From Vitrella brassicaformis CCMP3155 (lineage: Eukaryota; Protista; Chromerida): 53,824 nt of DNA. A program made the translations under genes and the position numbers. Location: assembly GCA_001179505.1 (NCBI GenBank), contig CDMY01000546.1, positions 1-53,824 of the forward strand, read 5' to 3'. The notes below the pieces were generated by a model. The model worked only from the letters and a program-made list of their open reading frames with translations, made no database searches and was not told the origin of the DNA. Of the stretch, positions 9,641 through 22,200 are shown in pieces (position 1 is the stretch's first letter; every line of letters starts with the position of its first letter).

Positions 9641-11633
9641 TCATGGCAATGCATCTATTCTCGTGCTGTTGGCGAGGTCGACGGTGTCCTTCGCCGTGTC
9701 AGTCATCTCCTGCACACACACAAAGGCAATGACCGATGGATGGCCCACCCACCCACTCCACCGATGAGTGCAGTGCGGCCCCCACACACTCACCAGTGCC
9801 CATGTGTGGTCGGCCTCGTATTTGTTATCGTCGGTGCGGAAGCTGAATGTGTAGCAGTAGTGCTGGTCCCGACAAAACGGCTCAGCCGGACCTGAGTGAC
9901 AAAACACACACGTCCACACACGTCCAACCATCCAGAATCAATCAGGCAGCCTCCCTGTCGGTGAGCGAACCAACCGGTGATTGATGTGTTCCAGGTGGAG
10001 ATGTATTGCAAGTCAGGCTTGTTCGACACCAACAGATGCTCCTGCAGCCAACCAGCCAGGAGCAACACACAAGAGGGAATGCCCGGTGGTGCTGTCTCTC
10101 TCTGTCCAGTGCAGTGGATACGGACGGACAAGTGTCCCCCGCAGCCACGGGTTGTCCTGGAAGTTGAGTGTCTTGAGCCGATCCCACTGCACAGCACACC
10201 ATGAACAGGAAGAGAGAGACAGAAGCGCCTTAAGATGCACACATACATAACATACGTCTTTTGCGAAGTCAGTGGGCAGCGTGTCGTTGATGGCGTTGTA
10301 TGCGAGATTGAGATCCCGAAGGTTCCTCAGCTCATTCAAACTCCTGCAGACGGGACGGGTGGCTGGCTGTGGGGTGAGGCATCCCTCCCTCCCTCCCTCC
10401 CCTGCCTGTGTCCAGCTCACCCCCTGAGAGTTGCGATTGAGTTGCCCTGCAGCTCTAATGTCTCCAAATTCGTCAAGTTGCCTGACAGCATGGGTGGGTG
10501 AGAGGTTTTGGGTGAGAGACACGGAGTAGTGCAGGGTGATGTATGTGTGCAGACCGAGCGAGTCAGGGAGGCTGGCGACTTTGTTGTTGGCCAGCGAGAG
10601 GATCTCCATCTGGTGGGTGGCCGTCCCGAAGGCATCAGGCAAGTAACTGCCATCACGTCACGCACACACGGACAGACGCACACACCCGATGCCTCCCCCC
10701 ATGTGCCGAACAGCCAAGCCCACCCACTTGATGGAGTTTGATGAGACGTCGAGTACCCTCAGCTCAGTGGCGTCCTCAACACTCATGGGAATCGGACCCA
10801 CAATCTCATTCCTGTCAGACAGAGATATAGACAGGCACCAGACACATAATGCATTAGCTTTGACGCACACCCACCTCCCTCCCCCGCCGACGCACCGATT
10901 CTCATTGACGACGTTATTGAACTCTTGGGCCGTCGATGCGATGCACAGCCGACGCAAAAATCTGAACGCCCTGAAAAAGTCCAGTGGGAACCTGGCAGAC
11001 AGACAGACAGACGGACCCTTTGGTGGTTTCAGTCATGGTGGGCTTGGCGCATGCGCTTACGCTCCCCGAAGACGGTTGTCCACCAGCTCGATCTCGGTGA
11101 CGTACCCCTCGCCGTTGCACGTCACACCGTACCAATGCTCCTGACCGCACACAAGACAAGAATAACCAACACCTGCCCTCAGGCATGCGCCTCGACGGCC
11201 GCACCCTGCAGGGGTCTGAGTAGATGATGAACCCCTGTTGTATGGCCGTCCACCGCCTCTCCCAGCCCTCATTAACCCGCCAGTTGGGCCCGTCCATACT
11301 GCCAAAGAACTCCATCAGCATGTCCGTCTCACCGCCCCTCTCCTCAGCCTTGGCCTGGATGGCCGCCTCCTCCTGCGGCGTCGTCAAGCCACCGCCGAAG
11401 ATCTCCAGTGGCTGAAAGGCGAACTGCCGGGAGCAGCCCATGGGCACGGCGGTTGTGACGGGACAGGTGGCGTCGAAGGGCATCTTGGCCTTCTGCCCGC
11501 GGTGCCAGCTGCCGTCGGAGAGCAGCAGCCGGTGCTCGTCCTCCCGGAACACCTCGGCGGGCTCCGAGGGAAGCATTCTCAGTGCAAAGAGGGATAGAGA
11601 GGCGAGTATCGGCAGCCGTCTCGAAGGGCGCAT
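9641..11633 (-). CDS. Probably secreted plant-type leucine-rich-repeat protein (LRRNT cap plus LRRs, no kinase or TM domain)
   Basis: Hydrophobic N-terminus (MRPSRRLPILASLSLFAL); LRRNT_2-like cap LMEFFGSMDGPNWRVNEGW..DPCR|EHWYGVTCNGEGYVTEIELVDNRLRG; repeats LRVLDVSSNSI, MEILSLANNKVASLP, LETLELQGNSI, LRDLNLAYNAINDTLP and LKTLNFQDNPWLRGTL. The start could instead be Met at 11576. Confidence 0.82.
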
Positions 11634-11699
11634 CCCTCAAGCAGACGAGCAGAGAACGAACGCGGCCGAGAGAAGAATCCAGGCCAGAAAGGGAAGACC

Positions 11700-11707
11700 T
11701 GCGAGCT
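11700..11707 (+). promoter_or_regulatory. TGCGAGCT motif in the divergent spacer LRR/VPS2
   Basis: tgcgagct seen directly. Confidence 0.5.
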
Positions 11708-11759
11708 CGGAAGATCTCACGAAGTGCGGTTAAGCGTCTTGCGCAGAAGAGTCCTGAAG

Positions 11760-11886
11760 ATGGGCGAGGGACAGTCGAAATCTCTCAATGGTACGACACA
11801 CAAACAACGCAGACCCACTCTTCCCCTGCTGACCGCCTCCTTGTGCGGGTGTGTCTGTCTGTGTGTCTGTCTGTGTATCTGTCTGT

Positions 11887-11918
<32 letters not shown>

Positions 11919-13336
11919 CTTGTGTGTGCAGAGCAGCTGCGGAGCAACAAGCGTCAGATCAACCGGTCCATCCGGGAGCTGGACCGGGAGAGGATGCAGC
12001 TCGAGAACGGCGAGAAGAAGCTCATCGGCGACATCAAGACCATGGCCAACAAGGGACAAATGGTAGGTAGGACAACCAACAGAAGCCCTGCTTCACTAGA
12101 GCTGTGTGCGGTCGTTGCATCTCCGTGTGTTGGTGACGTTGGTTGACTGACTGACTGTGCGTTGTCTGCAGAGTTCGGTGAAGATCATGGCTCGTGATTT
12201 GGTCCGCACCCGCAAGTACAAGGCAAAGTTTTACGAGATGCGGTCGCAGCTGCAGGCCGTCAACCTGCGGCTGCAGACCGTCAAGTCCACACAGGCCATG
12301 ACCGAGTCCATGAAGGGCGTCACCAAGGTCTGCCTGCCTCTGGCATCCCACACAGACACACAGACAGACAGACAGACAGACAGACAGGTGGAGCGCTAGA
12401 CGGCACGTCGTGTGTGTGTGTGTGGTGTGGTTGGTTGGGTCGATCAGGTGATGGTGCGGATGAACAAGCAGATGAACCTGCCGTGTGAGCGTCAGATACA
12501 TGCCACGGCACACACACACAGAAAGGGAGGGAGGGAGGGAGGTATGTCTGCTTATCTATCTGTGTGTGATTGGTGTGTCAACTGGTGCACTCAGCGCTGA
12601 ACAAGATCATGCAGGAGTTCATGAAGGAGAACGAGAAGATGGGACTCACCGTACGCTACGCTGGGACCCACAGCACACACGCACACCCCTTCCCTTCCCT
12701 TCCTGCGTGTCTGTATTCCTGCCCTGCGCGTGTGTGTGCAGGAGGAGATGATGTCCGACGCCGTCGACGACGCCATGGCCGACACGGTCAGTCAGTCGAG
12801 AGGCAGGCAGGCACCTGGCAGTGGTTCGGTGCAGATGTGTGTGTGTGGTCTGTCTGTCTGTCTGTGTGTGTGTGTGTGTGTGGTGTAGACTGACGAGGAG
12901 GAGGAGGAGCGCATCGTGGCTCAGGTCCTCGACGAAATCGGAGTCGACCTTTCCGGACAGGTGAGTTAGTTGAGTGGCTGGGCTGGGCGGGCGGGCAAGA
13001 GAGACCGGGCGACGGCACACCAGGTACGCCACTCCTTTGTGTTCCTCTTTCAGTTGGCCGCTGCTCCGTCGGGTCAGCTTGCGGCGGCCCAACCGATGGC
13101 CGTCGACGCACAAGCCAGTAAGATCAATCAAGAAGCAGACACACAGAGATGAGATGCTCACACACGACTGACTGACTGAGTGAGTGTCGGGTGTTTTAAT
13201 GCCTGGCACTCACTGTGCGGGGTGTGTGTGTGTGTGTGTGCGGTGTGTGTGTGTGTGTGCGTCAGGTGCCCAGCCGATGGCTGTGGGTGAGATGGAGAAG
13301 TCCCTCGAGGACCGACTCAACAACCTCAAGAAATGA
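11760..13336 (+). CDS. VPS2: ESCRT-III subunit Vps2/CHMP2A (Snf7 family), 9 exons
   Basis: QLRSNKRQINRSIRELDRER..LIGDIKTMANKGQM|SSVKIMARDLVRTRKYKAKFYEMRSQLQAVNLRLQTVKSTQAMTESMKGVTK|VMVRMNKQMNLPS|LNKIMQEFMKENEKM..EEMMSDAVDDAM..EEEERIVAQVLDEIG, with the C-terminal MIM1 motif EKSLEDRLNNLKK*. Confidence 0.95.
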
Positions 13337-13981
13337 CTGACAACGGAGTGCGTGGCGAGCGACCAGAGGAGCGTCCAGTGGACTCGCGTAGGCCGACTGC
13401 ATGCCATGCGGGTTAGGATGTTTTCACGTTTGTGTCAAGTCAAGCCACGTGTGCTGAGAGAGAAGGCAGGTCAGTCAGTCAGTCAGTCAGGAGTGTGTGT
13501 GAGGGGCCGGTCCTGTGGTGGTTGTTTGGATCGTCTTGCTTTTTCAAGTCGAAAGCGGGAGAGGCAAAGGGAGATGAGACGGTGAGAGATCGTGTATGCG
13601 GCTGCTGACGGTGTGATGATTGAATGCTGCCAGCGATACTGACTGACTTGTTAATGCAATTGTTTATGCGCAATGCAATACGGCAACAAAATGATGTCCG
13701 TCGAATGAATAAAGCTATCTGTCTTATCCGTCACGTACAAACACACATACAACAACAACATGTTGCCTACATCCAACGAATTGCCTGCCTGCGTCCCCTG
13801 CCTGCCTGCCTGCCTGCCTGTATTTCTGGCTGGCTTGCTCTTACTGACACGCTCCAGAACTTTCTGGCTTTACCAACACGCCAACATAGATACATCCCCA
13901 CACACGAGCGCCGCTATCAGTCCATCCATCCATCCATCCATCAACACCCCACCACTCCCTCCGCCCTCCGTCAACCAACAC

Positions 13982-16956
13982 TCAGTGGTGGGAGTGGTGT
14001 CCCCTGCCGCCCTTGCGCGGTTTCTTGAAGCCCTGTGAGATGCTCTCCAGGCTCATGCCGCTGGTCTCGGGTATCTCCCAGTGCACAAACAAGATCACCA
14101 ACAGATTGGTCATGGCAAAGATGGCGAAGGTGCCTGACAGACAGGGGTGGGCAGAGGCAGAGAAGGTATGTAGGTTGGTGTCTCGCTTTGCCCATGTTTG
14201 GTGGCTGGCGTGTAGGCCTGCACCTGATTCTGTGACGAGATCGAAGAGCGACTCGAGCGTGAGTTGGACGAAGAATGCGCAGCTCCAGAAAGTGAGGATG
14301 ACGAGCCCCATGCCCAGGCCGCGGATGGCCGTGGGCAGCACCTCACTCGCCACCACAAACATCAAACCAGCCCAACTGATGTTCCAACAGAACCTGATGA
14401 GCACCCAGACAGACCCACGGACACGCACACACACGGTGTGTGCCGCCCTCTCTCGCCTCTCTCTCTCTCTCTGTCTTTGTTGTCACTTACATGTAGAAGA
14501 GCATGGTGAGTACGGCAACAGTGACGTGCAGGCTGGCCAGCACCCCCTCCCCCTCCCCCTCCCCGCCGGCCGCACACGCACTTTGCACCCCACTGCTGGA
14601 CCGCAGTGTGGGGCCAGAAGCGAACACCAGCTGATAGATAGATAGGCACACGTCGTGTGTGTGAAGGTGGGTAATGTGGGTGTCAGTCAGGTGCTTGATT
14701 GATCCTCTCTCTTGGTGTGAGGCAGGCAGGCAGGCAGGCAGGCAGGGTTGCTTACGGCGAATACGATGTGGCAGATGAAGGTACCGGTTGACCCCCAGAG
14801 CAGCAGCCACCGCCGCCCCTGTCGCTCTACCAGCACAAACGTCATTGACACCCCCAACACCTGACAGAAACGCCAGCCACACAAACACACAACACAACCC
14901 ACATCACATCACAATCAAGACGTACATGGAAGGCAATTAAGGCGTCCCACTCACTGACCTTGGCAATGCCGATGCCCACGCCAGCCAGAAATGGGTCGCA
15001 CACGCCAGCCAGCCGGAAGATGTCTTGCGAGTAGTACAAGACGGTGTTAGCCGCAGTTAGGTTTTGGCACACGGCACACCCCAGCGCCACCCACACCTGC
15101 GGCCAGTGACGCGCCAGCAGACCCCACGAGCCGCAGCCTCCAGGGGGGGATGATGGCTGCTCCAGAGCCGTGCGCTCGGACGGTGAGGGCGGGGGCGAGG
15201 CGTCAGGTGTGTGGCCGCCGTTCTGTGTGGCTGTCGTCATCTCGATCTCGCCCTCCCGGCCTTTGGGAGTGTTCAGCCGGGGTGAGGGGCCTCCTCCCTC
15301 GGTGTCATCGTCGAGGTCGTGCGACTCGATCTCGAAGACCACTTTGCGATGGGGGGACTGTCGTTCGGCCGCTCTCATTGACGGTGACGCCGACGGTGAG
15401 TGCTGCTGCTGTGTCTGGCTCTCCCAGTCCCTGAGTATCTCCTTGATCTCCCTTTGGATGAGCAGGTGTTCCTCCTCCTGATTGCGGCCCGTCTGCCCGA
15501 CGCCCAACTGCTTTAGGACCACAGCGGCTTTCTCGAGCTGACCTCTGCCGACGTACCAACGGGGGCTCTCGGGCAGCACCATCACCGCCATCAGCTGCAC
15601 AAAGGCAGCGATCCCCGCGGCGCCCAGCAGCCAGCGCCACGCATGCTCGCCGACGAACCAGCCGGCCGCATACGCCAACAGACAACCTGAATGAGTGAGT
15701 GAACACGACAGACAGAAGAAACAGACGGTGGGAGGTGAGCCGAGCCATACCCTGCCGCCTCGCCTCGCCGTACCGACGCACTGTGCGATCTCCTGGCAGA
15801 CGACCATCCGGCCGCGATGCTCTCGTGTGGCGATCTCTGCGATGTAGGTGGAGCCGGTGGCGAAACCGATGCCCACACCGAGGCCGATGGCAATGCGGCC
15901 CTGCAGCAGGAAGGCGTATGTCGCCGCCTCGCTCAGCAGAATAGCCCCGATGATGAAACACAGCGCACTGATGGCGAGTGTCGTCCGGCGGCCCCAGCGG
16001 TCAGATAACACGCCGCCCACCAGGCTCCCGACCTGCATGTGTGTGCAGTGCACCATACACTCAACGGCAGGCGTCTTGTCTGTCCGTGGTGCTGACTGAT
16101 TGACTGGCTCACCATAGCCCCTGGAGCGACCATGCTGACGAAGAGCTCCTTCCTGGTGCAGGTGAATGCGTCACCACACAGCTTGAAGTCCACCTGGATG
16201 GGCTGCAGCACGACGGCCACCACGCACAGGTCATAGCCCATCAGCAGCCCCGTCAGCGTGGTGAAGGCGACGGCCAAGATCGTCATGGGCGTCATCCGCC
16301 CCGCCCTGACGGCCGGCAGCCTCGCCCTCCCAATCGAAGGACTGTCACTGCGGTCCTCCGGCTCGCCGTCATCGGCACCGTCATCCTCTCCCCCCCTCCC
16401 CGCCCTCTCATTGCCAGCGGTTTCTCCCGGCGTGTCGTCCTCTTCATCATCATCAGGGCCGAAGTAGCCCTCGGTGGACAGAAGCCGCTTCTGCTCCTGC
16501 CCTCGGTCGCGGCGAACGGTGGTCGCTTTGCCGAATAGATGCGCGGAGCCCTCTGGGCGGGGGAGGGATGGGAGGGCGCTGAGAGGCGGGGGTATGGCGC
16601 GGTAGCTGCCCTCTTTTTGGGGGCTGCCGCCAGACTCGAACGAGGGAAACGAAGGCCTGGCAGTGCAGTGCAGGCATTGCCAACACACAACAAGCAGACA
16701 CTAACACTGGTTTGGCGTGCTGTGCTTTGTGTCTGTCTGGCTGGCTGGCTGGCTGGCTGGTCTGTCAATCAAATCACCTGTGGTTTGGTGAGGGGTGGCG
16801 GTCAGAGTTGATGGGCGTGTCGTCCATCATATCTGCATCTGCAGGGCTGGTGCCTCCGCTGCTCTCTCGCGAGGCGCGGGACGAATCGGCTGCAATGTCG
16901 ATGACAGAAGGGGCCTCCGTAGAATTCTCATCCTTGCCGCTGTTGGTGCCCTCCAT
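13982..16956 (-). CDS. MFS sugar-porter family transporter (about 12 TM) with a long acidic N-terminus
   Basis: GLLMGYDLCVVAVV; GGVLSDRWGRRTT; GRIAIGLGVG..STYIAEIATREHRGRMVVCQE; LPESPRW; QNLTAANTVLYYSQDIF; LVERQGRRWLLL; VASEVLPTAIRGLG; IPETSGMSLESI. These are the sugar-porter signature motifs. The start Met is uncertain. Confidence 0.93.
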
Positions 16957-16990
16957 CGACAAGGTCACCGACTGTTCTCCTTCAGTTCTA

Positions 16991-16998
16991 AGCTCGCA
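16991..16998 (-). promoter_or_regulatory. TGCGAGCT motif in the 70-bp divergent spacer MFS/RPP21-like
   Basis: agctcgca on the + strand. Confidence 0.5.
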
Positions 16999-17026
16999 AG
17001 CGATCCTTTCCCTGGGCCTCCCTTGA

Positions 17027-18498
17027 ATGCGTCACGCCTCTCAGCTTCAGCTGCCCGTCCCGTCGGGTAGGAAGATCGCCGGGAGAAAGCCGGATGAGAA
17101 GCCGGCAGATCTGCAGACGGCTGAGTTCCTCATGTCAGCGGCCCACGGCTATGCATTGCGGGCGCCTGTGCTTGCCCGGCTGCTGATGTAAGTCAGTGAG
17201 GAGAAAGAGATCTCGATGAATCCCTCACTGTCTGTGTCCTTGGGTACACACGACTTGCAGGCGCAAGTTGGATTCGGTGTGCACAGAGGCACAATTTGGT
17301 AAGGCAGCGAGGCAGCGTGACGGCAGAACACACATCAATCGTGTGGGTGTGGTTCATGCAGATCTGCGTGGCGGGTCGATGCCGCCATTCTGTGGGGCGT
17401 GCGGCAGCCTCTTCGTCCCTCAGTCGACGGCAGCATGTGCCACAGAGCCGCACAGCAAGACAAGGAGCAGACAGCCAGCCAACCAACTGGGCGAGTCATC
17501 GGCTGCTCCCACAGTCATCTCGGCTCGGAAACGGCCACCAGGAGGCTCCAGGACTCAGGTCAGTCAGTCTCAGCAGCTCAGATCTGATCATACCGATGTG
17601 CATTCGGTTGCCTTTGCAGGTGTGTCACATGGCTTGGCGCTGCCACATGTGCTCGGCTGTCACACGCACCTCTCACACCAAGACACCCGCCAGGACCAGC
17701 AGCACCAGTGCGCCAACCACCACCAGGCCACCACCGACACGCGCCAAAACCACCGACCTTTTATCAATATCGTCCCTCAAAGGTCGACGATGGCGACAGA
17801 TGGCCAAGCCACGTCAGCAGCAGCAGCAGCCGCAGCAGCAGCCCGTCACGCCTAGAGCAGTGTTGCAGAGTGAGAGAGCAGCCGACAGGCGGCGAGAGAA
17901 GAAGCGGCGGTACAGGGGCAATCGGGCGAGGCGTCGGGCAGCCAGACGGGAGGCCAGGCGAGCGGCGTCTGCATCAAGGACTGACCGGAGAGCCGACAGG
18001 GAGCTGCGGAAGGCCATGAGGGAGGATGAGGCGCTGAAGGGATCAACACTCTACGCCCTGCCTGACACAGAAGTGCCCCAGAAGCGGCCCCGCCCTCCCT
18101 CGCCCTCACCACCTCCGGCAAAGCGGCGGCACACGCCTTTTGTTCCCTCTCCGCCCCCTGTCGCTGCTTCTGCTGCTGCTGCTGCCCCGCCCATGGCAAT
18201 CCCTCGTGCAGCAGTGGCACATCCACCTGAGGAACCAACACAGCCGTTATTTCCGCACGTTGCTGGCCCAGCGGGCCCGGTCCCTGCAGCCGAGCCGACT
18301 GCCGCAGCGCCAGCAGCTGCTGCGAGTGGGGATGTGATGATGTCTGAGGCGCAGGACGAAGCAGATGTGACGGGTGGCGAAGGGGGTGGTGGTGATGGCG
18401 AGATGGCGGCTGAGAAGCAAGATGAGGGAAGAGCTGGTGGTGAGGCGAAAGGCATCAGTTTGTATGAGCTTCTGCATGGCATGGGGATTGAGCTGTGA
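17027..18498 (+). CDS. RNase P/MRP subunit Rpr2/RPP21/Snm1-like zinc-ribbon protein with a long basic low-complexity C-terminal extension
   Basis: Four exons join in frame: MRHASQ..AEFLMSAAHGYALRAPVLARLLM|RKLDSVCTEAQF|DLRGGSMPPFCGACGSLFVPQ..SRTQ|VCHMAWRCHMCSAVTRTS... This matches the family pattern FL..AA..P.LAR...CxxC.(S)LxxP...CxxC..R. The supplied ORF track does not capture the N-terminal exons. Confidence 0.72.
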
Positions 18499-19265
18499 CT
18501 GACTTGATAGATATCGATGGACAGACACGTTTGGTGCCGGATGGATGGATGGACTACTGCGGATGTGATGTAAGTCGTAAGTCATTAGTCTGTATCAAGT
18601 CAAGGGAAGGGATGGTCTCTGTGCAGCCAGCTACGAGCGCTCGATCCAGGCAGCCAGACAGCAATACATCAGACAGACAGACAGACAGACAACCGCTCGC
18701 AACCCCTCACTCACACAGTCCGCCAGCCAATCAGGCTCGCTCAATCAGCCACTCACATATGTACATAGCATAGAGTAAGAAGAAGACAGACAGACAGACA
18801 GGCCAACCATGCCAGCCAACACAAATATAGTATATCTCTGTAAGCAGGGAGTATGGTCCTCGCGCACACAAGTCAGACCATAGGATACATCCATCCATCC
18901 AGGCAAGAAGAAGGAATCAACGCAGGCAGACAGGCAGGCCGGCCGGTCTGGCTGCCTACAAACGGCAAAAAGCAAATAGGAAGGGAAGAAAAAGATACTG
19001 CTCGTACTTACAGCACCAGGTGCGGCGCTGTTTATCTACCTTGATTGATATGTGTGTGATATAGCATCTCCCCTGGGCGGGGCGGGGCGGGGCTTGAGTG
19101 AGTGACGTACAGATGATATCAGTCAGCCGTGCAATGCACCCTCTCCCTCCCTCCACCCATCCACCCATCCCCCCACTATCATCAATCAATCCGTAGTCTG
19201 TCTTGCCTCTTTGTCTGCCTGGCAGGCAATAGATAGATATATCGGTCGGTATCTCATTCATTGAC

Positions 19266-22200
19266 TCACCAGCCATTCCACTGCTCCCACATGTTCTCCA
19301 GCTCCGAGAAATCGCCGCCACCCGCCGCCATGCCCATGCCTGCCTCGTGCGCAGCAGCCTGAGGGCGCACCACCGGCGACCACTGGGCCTGCCCGTTGCC
19401 GTTGCCGCGACGCTGTCCGCCCCGTCCTCGGTTCCTGCGACGGCCCCTGCGCCTCCCGCCACCCCCCATGCCATGGCCAGGCTGCTGCGGGAAGAATCCT
19501 CCTCCCGCCGGCGACCCAGACGATCCCGAGTGAGGGCTGGCTTCGGCGTAGTCCTGACGGTGGTTGTCCTGATGGAATGGGTTCATGGGCGTGTGTGCAG
19601 GGGCCGGAGCCGGTGCGGGGGCCAAGGGGAAGCTCCCTGTCGTCGGTGGCGGGTGCTCCTTGTTGGCCTTAGGGCTGGGCTCGATCTCACACTGGCAGGC
19701 TTTGTCGACAAACACGGGAAGACTGGGTGGTGCGGGAGGGGGAGCTGGAGCGGGCGGCGACGGGGTGGGGCGATACAGCGGACTTGCACATCCGAACGCC
19801 TCAGCCTGCTGAACGGAATGAGACCAGGGAAGGAAGGTCCACAGACGCAGGCAGAGAGAAATGCAGAGAGAGTATGCAAAGATGGACGGACTGACTAGTG
19901 GACTCTCTCACTCCCTCGCGCTCTTTCTCTCTTTCTCTCTCTCTCTGTGGTGTGGGGGTATCATTCCTTGCAAGCTTACAGGTGATGCATGGCCGTCACA
20001 TGGGTTAGCAGGGAGGTATGGTGAGGCGACTGGGGGCTGCGGGACCACTGGCTGCACCACGGGCGGTGCCAGTATCACCGGCGGAGCAACTCCATTGAAC
20101 TCATTAGGAACGCCTCCTGCACACACGGGACAGACAGACAGACAGACAGACACACATACATACACGCAGGCAGGCAGGCAGGCAGGCCGGTCTATGTGAC
20201 GTGCACATGTGTCTAGGACTGACTGGCTCACACACTCACTCACTCACCATTTCGCTGAGCAGTAGATGGTTGGTTTTGGTGGTGGTGGTTGAGCCGTGCG
20301 TTGGGCAGCCAGGCCGCCGGGCAGGGCACATGCTCAGGAGGCGGTGGCACAGGCATGAAGGGCTGCTGTCGAGGGGGGTAGAATGATACGCGGTTGCCCT
20401 GAGGAGGGGGAGGGGGCGGAGGGTGCACGTTGACGGGCGAGTGTGGCTGCCCCTGGCCGTAGTGGGACACGGGCTGCTGCCCCTGAAAAGTGGGGTAGTA
20501 CGACGCGGGCTGCGTTGGGGGCTGCAGGATGATGGGCGGCGGGTGGTGGGTCGGGGCAGCTTGGTTGGTCGAAACTGCACACGCGCACACAAAGACGAGA
20601 GGGACACACATGAGTAAATGCCTATGCCTGCGTCACGTCAGTGACCTCCCTGCACCTCCCTGCCTCGCTCTTGCTTGTATCACTCACTCACTCACCGTAT
20701 GCGCTGTCCTGTGCTGGTTGGTTCTGCCCCAGCAACCGCTCACCGCCCGTGGGACGACTCGATGCCCCTCCCGACACGCCAGCCCCCCCACTGCAAGATG
20801 GCCCGGACACGCCAGCACCCTCTTGCCCGTTGGCAAAGGGATGGCTAGGCATCGCGACGTCTGGCACCACGACAGACGGCTTGTCGGGCTGTGGCTGCGG
20901 CTGCGGTTCTTTGGGCCCATCCTGCGGGCCATCAGCCATGGTGGGGCTGAATCCCGCTTGCCCGCCCGTCACACGCCTCCACACCGACTCGAAGGCAGCA
21001 AACTCCGACGGCCCCTCCCGCTGCATCTCCCGTCCTCCCTCCTGCTGTCCCCGCTGTTGCCGTGGATCGTCCCACACACCCAAGCGGCTGTTGTGCTGCC
21101 GTTCGTTGCACTGCTGCTGCTCGCGCCACATCCTCTCCAGAGGCGAAAAGTCGTGGTCTGAAGCGGCCCCGCTCTCGCCGTTGCGTGTGGCCGCTGGGCG
21201 GGGATTGACTTCTGGCCCACTCTGGCGGCGCGTGTGGTGGTTGTAGACGGACGGCATCTGGCCGTTGGGGTTGTTGTGGTACCTGCGACTGGCCGACGGC
21301 TGCTGGTACTGCTCACCCCCTCCCCGCTGCGGACGGCGAGTCTGGCCAGCGGGTGGGGCCTGGGCCTGCTGCTGGTGAGTCGATGATGATGCCGGGCCCG
21401 CAGTTGCCGGTCCATCCAGTGCGCCCCCCATGTCCTCCTCCGACCGGCGCTTCAGCTCATCCTCTGCCGTCTTGAGGGACAGCTCCATGGCTTTCCGCAA
21501 TTGTTCCTCCTCCAAGAAGTCCTCCATCCGCTGCTTGTTCCACGCATTGCCGACGCCGACCACTGGACTGCCGTCGGAGCGACCGGGGCGTGGGGCAGCA
21601 GGGCGCCCGGTGAGCTGCTGCACGTTGGTGGCGGGCGAGCGATTGGTGGATGACGTGTTAGGGGGCCTGCGGCTACTGGCACTGGAGGGCGATGTGGCGT
21701 CCAGTGCACAGCGGGGTGCAGGTGACGCCTTCTCGGGCGATGGGCGGGCTGGTCGGGCGGCCGACAGGCTGGGAAGGGGTATGCGGCTGCTGGCGCTCGA
21801 TGGCGAGGTGTTGCTGTTGTCTTTCGCCGGTCGGGGTGCAGTTGCCTTCTCGGGTGCCCTCTCGGGTGCAGCTGCCTTCTCGAGAGGCGGCCCAGCACCC
21901 GCAGCACCCGCAGCACCCGCAGCACTCGCAGCACTCGCACCACCACCATCAGCACCAGCCTTGCGCGACTCTGCCGACTTCTTTTTGTTCTTGCGGCCCT
22001 TCTTCTTGGCATGTTTGGGGCCCTCCTCGCCCTTGCCCTCACTCTCGCCCTTGCCCACGCCCGCCCCGTCTCCGTCTCCGTCACCGCCAACTTCAACTTC
22101 AACGTCAACTTCAACTTCAACACCAGCACCAGCCCCACCAGCAGTGGCCTCACCGGCCCCGGCCTGCTCCTCGTCAGTGCGGCCGACGACCTTCTCCTTC

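Noticed and set aside
21890-22130. 9-nt and 6-nt tandem repeats (gcagcaccc)n and (tcaact)n
   Set aside because: Ordinary coding low-complexity repeats (AAG/AGA and VE runs) in a disordered region; no independent function evident.
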